Positions 49,370 through 57,748 of a DNA stretch of 64,000 nucleotides are shown here, one piece after another (position 1 is the stretch's first letter; every line of letters starts with the position of its first letter). The stretch is taken from assembly GCA_041484665.1 (NCBI GenBank), contig JBGPIA010000007.1:32001-96000 (forward strand). Reading direction: 5' to 3'. The notes beneath the pieces are model-generated. The model had not been told where the DNA came from, ran no database searches, and worked only from the letters and a program-made list of their open reading frames with translations. A program made the position numbers and the translations under genes. This DNA is from Candidatus Krumholzibacteriia bacterium. GTDB taxonomy: Bacteria; Krumholzibacteriota; Krumholzibacteriia; JAJRXK01.

Positions 49370-49963
49370 CTAAGGCTCCAGGCTCTCCCCGGGCGCGCCC
49401 GGGGCGCCGGGGCGGGCGGCTTGCGGCGGCTCGATCTTCTCGGGCAGCGCGGGCTGGGGCGCGGCACGCCGGCGCAGGCGGCCCCCCAGGGTCAACCACG
49501 CGCCCAGCAACACCAACCCAATCGGCAGCAGGATCTGGAAGATCAACCTCACCAGGATCACGAACAGCCGGGTCGTGAACAGGTAGAGGATGAACGAGAC
49601 CACCATCAGCAGCGTGGCCGGGATGATCGCAGCGCGCTTGCGGCGGCTCATCAGCGAGACCGCGGCCAGCGCCACGCCGGGCGCAAACAAGAAGAACGGC
49701 CAGTGGCGGCCCAGCCGGATCCACTCCCACTCCACGCACTGGAAGAACAGCCCGAACAGCAGACCGAGGATGCCGTTGAATAGCAGCCCCTCCTCGCCCT
49801 CCCCCTCGCCGGTGAAATAGAGCACCAGGAGGCCAACCCCCAGCGCGACCAGCAAGAGCGGCCACAGCTTCCCGAAGCCCGGCAGGCCCAACTGGGCCAG
49901 CAGCATCAGGAACCCGATCACCACCAGCAGGGGCCCGATCCTCGAAGTGCGCGGCTGGGACAT
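49370..49963 (-). CDS. LiaF/LiaI-like multi-pass membrane protein
   Basis: Repeated LWPLLLVALG and HWPFFLFAPG TM units; GAGGAGG RBS. Confidence 0.7.
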   Translation of the reverse strand: MSQPRTSRIGPLLVVIGFLMLLAQLGLPGFGKLWPLLLVALGVGLLVLYFTGEGEGEEGLLFNGILGLLFGLFFQCVEWEWIRLGRHWPFFLFAPGVALAAVSLMSRRKRAAIIPATLLMVVSFILYLFTTRLFVILVRLIFQILLPIGLVLLGAWLTLGGRLRRRAAPQPALPEKIEPPQAARPGAPGAPGESLEP

Positions 49964-49996
49964 GGCCTCCTCCCCTCCTCTTCGTCCTCGCGCCGC

Positions 49997-52900
49997 CTAC
50001 GGCGCGGCGCCCAGTCGCACCGGGACGCGCAGGCGCACCCGGCTGCCATCGCGATCGAGCAGACGCAACTCGCCGCCGTTGACGAAGCCGTCCGGCGCCA
50101 CAGGCGGCGGAGCGCCGGCCTGGACCGAGAGCGGGGCGGGGGCGTCGGGGTACAGGTCGAACGCGGCCGCGTCATGCACCGTGCCCGTGAGCGCCACGCT
50201 GTTCTTGCGCACGAAGCGCTCCACCAGCTGGAAGGTCCAGCTCTCCTTGTCCTTGGCGTGCGTGAAACCGCCCTCCACGACCAGCGTGTAGTGTCCTGCC
50301 ACCGGCGCGTCCAGGGCGACGGTCGTCTTGCGGTAGCCGAGCCCATCGCGCACGACGAACTTGCCGGCGGCGTCGCGGATCACGATCGGCACGTCGGTCA
50401 TACGGTCGTACACCTCGCGCGGCAGCTCGATCTCGAATTCCACGCGCGCGATCGTGTCGTCCACCGGAAACTCGTAGCTCCAAGAATCGGTCCCCTTGAC
50501 CTCCACCGTTCGTGCGCGCCGGTACTGGTTGATCTCGCCGGCCGCGGTGCCACGGAAAGGCTCGTCGAAGAGCGCAGTCAGCTCCAGCTCGGTCTTGGGC
50601 TGCTCGCCGGGCTGGGCGAAGGAGAGGCGCTCCACGGCTGGCGGGCTCACGGCGAAGCCCTCGAAGCGCGCGCGCAGATCGTAGGTCGAGGTGATCGCCG
50701 GGCTGAATCCCGATACGGTGACGATCTCCCAGACGCCGGGCGTCAGCTCCGCGCCGGCGAAGACGCGGGAGACCTTGCGGGTTTCGGTGCTGCTGGCCCA
50801 CCCGATGAAGTCGATCAGCCGCCCCTGCGGGTCGTGGATGGCGGCGTGCACCCGGCCGTCCTTCCCCTCGGGCACGGCCAGCTCGACCTCCATGGCGCAG
50901 GCGCCCGGCGGCACCCGCACGAAGCGGCGCTCCAGCGCGCCGGGGGTGAGCGTGCCCGCCTTCCATTGGCGCTCGTAGCCTTCGGCGGCGGTGAACTCGA
51001 AGGGGCGCACGACGGTGACCTGCAGCTCGAACTCCTGCGCCGCTGGGCCAGAGCGCGCAGCGCCCTTGACCCGCCCAGTCACGGTGCCGACGTAGACGCC
51101 GGGCTTCTGCAGCGCCCTGGGGTCGTAGGTGAGCTTCACCGTGGCCGGGCCCTCGCCGGCGATGTAGGTCTCGCCGCGGTCGAGGCGGATCCACGGCGAG
51201 TCGGCGGTGAGCGTGAAGGCGCGGTAGAAGCGATTGCGCTCGTCTTTCGTGCAGCCATCGGCGAAGCGCGGAGTGATGGTGAAGGTCTGCGCGCGCGGAG
51301 GCTGTGGAACGTAGCTGCCCATGCGCCAGTACGCTGCGGGTCCCTCGCCGTCGCGCTGCAGCGGCGCCTCGGTACGCACCTTGTACAGCGTCACCCGCTG
51401 CGCCTCGCCCGCGTCCGCCAGCGCGGCGGCAGTCTCGTACGCCGCAGGCAGGTCGACCACTCCCGCGCCCACGTCCAGGCGGCTGTAGCCGGGCAGCGGC
51501 TTGGCCGTGGCGCGCAGCGCGCGCTTGATCGTGCCGAAGGTGTAGCCCTTGTTCTGCCCGCGCAGGGCTCCCAGGATGCAGGCGACGCTGCCCGCCGTGT
51601 GCGGACTGGCCATGCTCGTACCGGTATAGAGGTCGTGGCGCGACTCGAACAGCGGCACGGTGCTGCTGGCGCCGCCGGGTGCGGCCACGTCGGGCTTGGC
51701 GAGATCGCCGCCGCGGCTGCTGAAGGCATAGAGCTCGTCGCGGACGAGCCCGCCGCCGTGCAGGGCGCTGCCCGCCTCCTTGGTCAAGAGTGCGGCGCAC
51801 GCAATCACCCCGTCAGCGTCGGCCGGCGTCCCGACGCTGCTGATTCCCGGCCCCTGGTTGCCCGCGCTGGTTACGATCACCAGCATCGAGGTCTTGTCGA
51901 GGAGCTCGTCGAGGAACTTGTCGATCGCCGTGTCGCCCTCGCTCTCGCTGCCGATGCCGTAGCTCATGTTGATGACCACGGGGACGTCGTAGTCCTTCAG
52001 GAAGCGCGCCACGTACTCGAACGCCTTCTTCATCGTCTCGGTGCGCGAGCTGCCGCCCGCCATCCGGCTGTCGCCGACCTTGCAGCTGATCACGCGAGCG
52101 CCCGCAGCCACACCGTCCATCCCCTCCTGCCCGTGGACGCGCCAGCCCGCGGCGATGCCCGCCACGTGGCTGCCGTGGCCGGTCTCGTCGTAGTGGAAGC
52201 TGAGCTGTGGCTGCTCGTCGCCGCGCAGGTCCAGCGCCAGCGTCAGCACGCGGCGCGAGTCCTTGGTGGCCGGATCGCGCAGGTCGATCGTGTCGTAGTC
52301 GACCGTGTAGTCGCGCAGCAGCGCCTCGCCGTCCAGGCGCCCGTCGCGGTCGCGGTCCAGCGCGCACACCCACACCCTCGGCGCTCGTGCGATGCGGTCC
52401 TCGGTCTGGCGCGCCCGCTCGCTCCAAGCGCGGCGCTCCTGTACACCGCGCCCTCCGCCGAGCTTCGCCACGGCTGCCTCGCGCTTGGCCGCGAACACGA
52501 CGAAGCCCCAGCGATCCGACTCGTTCCCGTTGTCATCGAGGTCGCGCGTCCCCTCGTTGTTGACCATTCCGGCCTCGCTCAGCACTCCGGTCCAGACCAG
52601 GCCAGAGTCCGCCGGCGCCAGCGGAAGCTGGTCGAAGCCCGAAAGCCAAAGCCCGTCGGCGACCTCCAGCACGCGCGGGCTCTGTCCCTCGACCCACTTT
52701 GCCGGCGAGAGCTCGACCTTGCCCTGGCCGCTGAAGTCGCGTGCGTCGATGACCTTGACCAGGCCCTCGCTCGTTTGCGTGAGCCCCGGGATGCCCATGT
52801 CGACGCCGGTGTCGAGCACGGCAACTAACGCGCCGCGCCCGTCCCACTGCGGGTGCTGCTCGTGGAAGCGGCGCGCGCCGACGTCCTCGATCGGTAGGAA

Positions 52901-53014
52901 CGGCCAGGGCTGCTTCGCGGCGCCCAGGCGCGACGCGCCGGGCAGCGCGACGCACGCGGCGGCGAAGTGCATCGCGAGCAGGAGCCTTCGGTCGAGACGG
53001 CGGGTCGAGTGCAC
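49997..53014 (-). CDS. S8 subtilase, tripeptidyl-peptidase II-like
   Basis: AVLDTGVD, HGSHVAGIAA, SAGNQGPG, GTSMASP; an insert of about 200 aa between catalytic D and H; long C-terminal beta domains; GGAGG RBS before GTG. Confidence 0.9.
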   Translation of the reverse strand: MHSTRRLDRRLLLAMHFAAACVALPGASRLGAAKQPWPFLPIEDVGARRFHEQHPQWDGRGALVAVLDTGVDMGIPGLTQTSEGLVKVIDARDFSGQGKVELSPAKWVEGQSPRVLEVADGLWLSGFDQLPLAPADSGLVWTGVLSEAGMVNNEGTRDLDDNGNESDRWGFVVFAAKREAAVAKLGGGRGVQERRAWSERARQTEDRIARAPRVWVCALDRDRDGRLDGEALLRDYTVDYDTIDLRDPATKDSRRVLTLALDLRGDEQPQLSFHYDETGHGSHVAGIAAGWRVHGQEGMDGVAAGARVISCKVGDSRMAGGSSRTETMKKAFEYVARFLKDYDVPVVINMSYGIGSESEGDTAIDKFLDELLDKTSMLVIVTSAGNQGPGISSVGTPADADGVIACAALLTKEAGSALHGGGLVRDELYAFSSRGGDLAKPDVAAPGGASSTVPLFESRHDLYTGTSMASPHTAGSVACILGALRGQNKGYTFGTIKRALRATAKPLPGYSRLDVGAGVVDLPAAYETAAALADAGEAQRVTLYKVRTEAPLQRDGEGPAAYWRMGSYVPQPPRAQTFTITPRFADGCTKDERNRFYRAFTLTADSPWIRLDRGETYIAGEGPATVKLTYDPRALQKPGVYVGTVTGRVKGAARSGPAAQEFELQVTVVRPFEFTAAEGYERQWKAGTLTPGALERRFVRVPPGACAMEVELAVPEGKDGRVHAAIHDPQGRLIDFIGWASSTETRKVSRVFAGAELTPGVWEIVTVSGFSPAITSTYDLRARFEGFAVSPPAVERLSFAQPGEQPKTELELTALFDEPFRGTAAGEINQYRRARTVEVKGTDSWSYEFPVDDTIARVEFEIELPREVYDRMTDVPIVIRDAAGKFVVRDGLGYRKTTVALDAPVAGHYTLVVEGGFTHAKDKESWTFQLVERFVRKNSVALTGTVHDAAAFDLYPDAPAPLSVQAGAPPPVAPDGFVNGGELRLLDRDGSRVRLRVPVRLGAAP

Positions 53015-53286
53015 GTTGGCCTCCCGGGTCGCAGGGGTCGCCCAGTCCGTCAAGGCCGCATCGGCCGCGCCGGTCGCCCAGCGCCGCGGATAACACGGGA
53101 AAGGCCGCTCCGCGGGAAGCACGGATCGCGCGGGGCCTGGCGCGCCGGGCGTGGCGCGCGGGACGCAGACGGCCTCCCAAACCCAGCGATCCTAAGCGCT
53201 GAGGCAGCGTGGGCGCAAAGAGGCAGTGCGGACGTCCATTCTGGCGCAGGCGGCGTGGCGATGAGCAGGCTCTCTTGCCCGAAACA

Positions 53287-53314
53287 GTGACGGGTCCCCT
53301 GGGGGACCCGTCAC
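53287..53314 (-). terminator. Perfect GC-rich hairpin, possible intrinsic terminator
   Basis: GTGACGGGTCCCC-TG-GGGGACCCGTCAC, followed by TGTTTC on the minus strand. Confidence 0.5.
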
Positions 53315-53629
53315 CGCTCTCTCTCTCATGGGAGCCCCCTGCTGGTTCGGCCGGGGCTCCTACGCTCTCTGACTCACCTCGACTCGACGCTCTTCGCCTC
53401 CACCCTGGGGCGGGACACCACCTTCGGACGGAAGGCCCGGGCCGCCGCCACAGCGACGTCCGGGGCCGGGTCCAGCCGGTGCGCCACCTGGCGCGCTGGC
53501 GTTGGACACCTGGGTGTCCCCTCCTTGGGACAGCCCCGGCGGCCGGCTCCCCCCGCACCGGCCGGGGGCCAGGGGCGGGGGGAGAGCCAACCAACTTCGT
53601 ATCAAGAACTTCCGGAGCCGTGTCGAGTG

Positions 53630-54733
53630 ATGGACCGAAGAGGTTCCGGGAGCGCGGATACGAACCTGCCAGGGGACTATCACAACGCGTGCCAGGCGGA
53701 GCGCGGGCGGTGGCGTGCGGCAAGATGGGGCGCGTTCGGCCTCAACCTTGCAGGGCTCACCGCTTCGACCATGAGCATCTCCACGCGCTCATCCCTGCAT
53801 GTCCTATTGCAGGAGAGCCCATTCCAGCACGAGCACGCCGCGGTCGCAGCGGCTGGTTCGCTGCCCGAGGGCGAGTGGTTGGCCGAGGCCCTGCTCGCGC
53901 GCACCCCGCGTGTCATGGCCCGTCGGGACTGCCCGCGTGGCGACCTGACCTGGGAGTCGGCCACGGCGCGCGCGGATACCGCGGCTGGCGCCGCCCTCGT
54001 GAGCGCAGCCGGTCACCGCTGGCGAGAGGAGGCCGCCGCGGGGGCGCTCTACCAGTTCAGCGACATGGGGCAGGCCCTCATCTCGCTGCGCTGGGGGATC
54101 GTCGCGGGAGAGGCTATGCCCGAGGAGGAGCTCGATGCGCTGCGCACCTCGCTGGGAGCGGGCATCGTCTTGGAGCAACAGAATCATCTGGTTCCCAAGC
54201 TGCCCTGCGAGATCCCCCGCGAGGGGCCGGAGCCGAACCAGGAGTTGCTCCTGCACGGCGTGGTCGAGGGCAAGGTGGCGATGGCCGGAGCGCTGGCCGC
54301 GACGGCCACGGGCCAACAGGACGTGCGGCGACTCGCGCTGCGCCTGCTGGAGGAGTCGTCCTCGTGGGTGCGGACCGGGCAGCCCAACGATCTGTGCGAC
54401 GTCCATCTGCTGACCCTAGGCGAAGCGATCGTCTTCCTGACCTCCTGCGACTTGCCGCCGCACCGCACTCAGCAGGCGCTCGCTCAGTACGCAGCGTACG
54501 TCGCCTGGTACCGCAACGAGCGGCTGGATGCCGCGCCTCTGGTGACGCGACCGCGCGCGGCCTGGTGGGACGAGCACGTGGCCAAGCTAGAGGCCCCGCA
54601 GTGGCGCACGCGCATCGTGTGGATCCACCGGGTAAAGCTGCTGGCCGCGGCGCGGGCGCTGCGCGGTCAGATCGACCGCAACGTCGAGGGGAGCTTCCAG
54701 CGGGCGCTCGACCTGCTGGAGCAGATGGACTAG
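53630..54733 (+). CDS. Hypothetical helical protein (start 53630 or 53771)
   Basis: Long ORF with typical GC3 bias and balanced composition; no recognisable motif. Confidence 0.65.
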   Translation: MDRRGSGSADTNLPGDYHNACQAERGRWRAARWGAFGLNLAGLTASTMSISTRSSLHVLLQESPFQHEHAAVAAAGSLPEGEWLAEALLARTPRVMARRDCPRGDLTWESATARADTAAGAALVSAAGHRWREEAAAGALYQFSDMGQALISLRWGIVAGEAMPEEELDALRTSLGAGIVLEQQNHLVPKLPCEIPREGPEPNQELLLHGVVEGKVAMAGALAATATGQQDVRRLALRLLEESSSWVRTGQPNDLCDVHLLTLGEAIVFLTSCDLPPHRTQQALAQYAAYVAWYRNERLDAAPLVTRPRAAWWDEHVAKLEAPQWRTRIVWIHRVKLLAAARALRGQIDRNVEGSFQRALDLLEQMD

Positions 54734-54903
54734 CCTCGCTCTCCAAGCCCTCCACGCGACCGGCGCACGCCGATCAGCGGACCCCCGCGGACGATCCCCG
54801 CGGACGCTGCGCCAGCGCGGGTCGTGCGGGGTGTGCTCGGCGCCCCCGGCGCACTGCCGCGCGGGCTGCCCGCTCCCGGTGACGATCCTCGCCCAGAGCT
54901 TCG

Positions 54904-56265
54904 ATGTTCCTCCACGGCGTCTTGCGCTGGGTCTCGCGCTGGCTCTCGCGCTTGGCTGTCCAGCGCGCGCAGCGCGAAGCTGTGGGCGCGCCGCGGCGCC
55001 GGTACGCGGCCGGCCGGCGATCGGCGTGGGTCCTGGCGATCGCCGCCGGCGTGATGGCGGCCTCGTATCTGTACGTGCTGTCGGGCCTGCTGAACGTCGC
55101 GCCCGCAACGTCCATCGTCACGCGTCTCGACGTTCTGTTTTCCTCCGATCTCGCCCTGCGTGTCTTCAACCTGACGGGCGCGACCGACTCGACCCAGGAG
55201 CTGCGCGAGCACCGGATCTCGCTTCCCCACCCGCTCATGAACCCGATCTGGGGGACGGCTGGCGGCCTCGTCTTCCACCTCCTGCCGGGCCCGGCGCCGG
55301 GGCCCGCCCGCCGCTTCGTCGCTGCGCGGCTGCTCGTCGCGATCATCGCGGCAACGGGGATCGCGGCGCTGGTCTCGCTGGGCCACTCCCTGGGAATCCC
55401 TTTGCCATTGACCGTGCTGTTGCTCGCACACTATCTGGCCTTCACCGCGAACGCCCTGGTCGCGCTGCCGGATCACATGGGGATCTCCAGCGGGCTGCTC
55501 ACGCTGTGCTTCTGCGTGTGGGCCCGCAGCGAAGGGCGCCGCCGGGGAGCCGCGCTCGCCGGGCTCGCAGTGTTGTGCGGCGGTACTACGATCACCAACG
55601 GGATCTTTCCCGGCGGTCTGTGGCTCTCCACGCGACTCGAGCGCCGGATGGCCGCAACCGCGGGCCGCAAGCTGCGCCGCCGCAGCGTCTGGGTCGCCAT
55701 GCTGCTGGGCTTGGCGACCCTCGGGTCGATCGCGAGCGTGAAGGCTGTTGCGCACCTCCGGGGCGAGGCCCTCATCTACCGGCATATGAATCCGCGGATT
55801 CTCCACGACCCGATCGCGGGGCTGCGTCTTATACCTGCCGCGCTGGTGTACCCGGCGGTCGGACCCACTCCCCATACGGTCGTGTCCGGGAGTTCACTCG
55901 CGTTGACGTACGAGCCGCTCGACTTCCGCGGCTATGGACCGGCCCAGGGACTGGCCGCGATCGCTTGGGCCACTCTGTTGGCGCTTGCCGCCACGTGCGC
56001 GCTGAGAGACCGGACTGTGCGGAAGTGGGCGTTGGCGGCGGCGGCGTGGATCGGGTTCAACATCGCGTTCCACAGTGTGTGGGGCGACGAGCTGTTTCTC
56101 TTCACTCCCCACTGGTCGTGGGCGCTCATGTCCATCGTCGTGCTGGGGGCGGCGCGGGCTCGGCGCCCGCGCGTGAGCGTGTTGATGGGCGCGCTGATGC
56201 TGGTGTCCCTGGTCGGTCAGGTGACCACGCTGTGCCACATCGTCCAGGCCGTCGCCACCCTGTAG
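54904..56265 (+). CDS. Polytopic membrane protein, possibly GT-C-like
   Basis: About 10 hydrophobic helices; loop after TM1 (DVLFSSD..HPL); C-terminal WGDELFLFTPHW. Confidence 0.7.
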   Translation: MFLHGVLRWVSRWLSRLAVQRAQREAVGAPRRRYAAGRRSAWVLAIAAGVMAASYLYVLSGLLNVAPATSIVTRLDVLFSSDLALRVFNLTGATDSTQELREHRISLPHPLMNPIWGTAGGLVFHLLPGPAPGPARRFVAARLLVAIIAATGIAALVSLGHSLGIPLPLTVLLLAHYLAFTANALVALPDHMGISSGLLTLCFCVWARSEGRRRGAALAGLAVLCGGTTITNGIFPGGLWLSTRLERRMAATAGRKLRRRSVWVAMLLGLATLGSIASVKAVAHLRGEALIYRHMNPRILHDPIAGLRLIPAALVYPAVGPTPHTVVSGSSLALTYEPLDFRGYGPAQGLAAIAWATLLALAATCALRDRTVRKWALAAAAWIGFNIAFHSVWGDELFLFTPHWSWALMSIVVLGAARARRPRVSVLMGALMLVSLVGQVTTLCHIVQAVATL

Positions 56266-56332
56266 CACCCAGCCGAGCAGCGTATCGAGTTGCGCTGACC
56301 CGCCCCGCAGGCCGTCGCCGGCACGTAGCGGA

Positions 56333-57718
56333 TCAGCGCGTCGACTCCACGGAGACGGGCGCGATCGCCGCGACCAGGCGGCGGTTTTCCCGCCCGACCG
56401 CCGCCGCCAGCACGATCCAGACCGCGACCAGCGCCAGGTTGAACAGTGCGAACTCCCTGGTCCCGAGCCTCATGCGGCTGGCGCCCACGAACACCAGCAG
56501 CGCCGAGAGCACGTCGCCCGCCCGCCAGAAGAAAGTATCGATGGCCTGCTTGGCCTTGTACTTCTCCTCGCGCGTCGTGGGCAGGAACAGCACGTGGCGC
56601 ACGGTGTTCTGCAATGAGTAGTCGGTGGCATTCTCGGCGGTCTTGACCCAGCGCACCACCGAGAGCACCGGATACAGTGCGAGCAGCCCGTAGCCCGTGA
56701 GCGCGATGGCCGGCAAGATGAGGATCGCCACGCGCACGCCCAGGTACTTCAGCACGCGCGACACGACGAACAGCTGGATCAACACCCCGGCCACGTTGAC
56801 GACGAGCTGGAAGCCCGAGTAGAAACGGCCGATGAACTGCTCCTCGGTCAGCCCGCCCGCCGTACCGGCAGCCAGGGCGTCCTTCGCCGCCTGCGCGACC
56901 GTACGCCCCAGCACGTACTCGCCGGTCGTGTTCACCCAGTTGAGCACGAGCATGAGGAAGGCGATCATCAGCAGGTAGCGCGTCCGCCACACCAGCGCGA
57001 ACGCCCCTGCGCCGCCGATGGGGTCCTCGGCGGCCGTGCGACGCCCGTGGGTCGCGGCGGCGGCTCGCCGGCGCTCGCGCGCGTCCACGACGTTGGTCAG
57101 CAACAGGCTGACCGCGAGGATCGCCGCGGCCACCAGCATGAGCTGGTAGACACCCAACGGTGCGATCAGGACTTTGGTGACCGCGCTCCCCAGCACCGCT
57201 CCCAGCGACGCGCCAAAGGCCACGATGGCGAACAGTCGCTTGCCGGCCTGTGGGGTGTAGACGTCGTTCGCAAAGGACCAGAATTGGGAGATCACCATCA
57301 GATTGAAGATCCCCACCCATAGGAAGAACACGATTCCCAGCGGAACCCGCGCGTGCGCCAGCAGATAGAAGACGCCCAGGCAGGCTGTAAAGAACAGCGT
57401 GACGACGTTGATCAGGCGCCGGCGCGGGAAGCGGCTGGCCAGAGCGCCGTACAAGGGCACGGCTCCGCTCAGCAGCACCACCTGCCCTGCCGCGAGGTAG
57501 CTCTTCAGCTCGGCGCCGCCGCCGGAGAGGATCAGCGCCTCACGCACCGGCTTGATGATGTAGTACGCCGTCAGCAGCAGGAAGACGTTCAGCGCCAAGA
57601 GCAGCACCGTCGCGCCCTCGCCGGCGCGCACCTCGGCGAACAACGAGAGCAGGGTGTCCAGGAACGATTTACGCCCCGGGACGCCGCCTGCGTTGGCGGA
57701 GGTGATCGGCCGATGCAT
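56333..57718 (-). CDS. Npt1/Tlc (AAA family) nucleotide translocase
   Basis: EVRAGE, AYYIIKPVREAL, FWSFANDVY..KRLF, KYKAKQAIDTFFWRAGD; about 12 TMs; GGGGAGG RBS. Confidence 0.85.
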   Translation of the reverse strand: MHRPITSANAGGVPGRKSFLDTLLSLFAEVRAGEGATVLLLALNVFLLLTAYYIIKPVREALILSGGGAELKSYLAAGQVVLLSGAVPLYGALASRFPRRRLINVVTLFFTACLGVFYLLAHARVPLGIVFFLWVGIFNLMVISQFWSFANDVYTPQAGKRLFAIVAFGASLGAVLGSAVTKVLIAPLGVYQLMLVAAAILAVSLLLTNVVDARERRRAAAATHGRRTAAEDPIGGAGAFALVWRTRYLLMIAFLMLVLNWVNTTGEYVLGRTVAQAAKDALAAGTAGGLTEEQFIGRFYSGFQLVVNVAGVLIQLFVVSRVLKYLGVRVAILILPAIALTGYGLLALYPVLSVVRWVKTAENATDYSLQNTVRHVLFLPTTREEKYKAKQAIDTFFWRAGDVLSALLVFVGASRMRLGTREFALFNLALVAVWIVLAAAVGRENRRLVAAIAPVSVESTR

Positions 57719-57748
57719 GGGGCCTCCCCTGCCTGGCGTGTCGGCGGC

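Noticed and set aside
53170..53240. c-di-GMP-I riboswitch suggested by GGGCGCAAAG
   Set aside because: The upstream GGCAAA/GNRA stem and the downstream receptor stem are not present.
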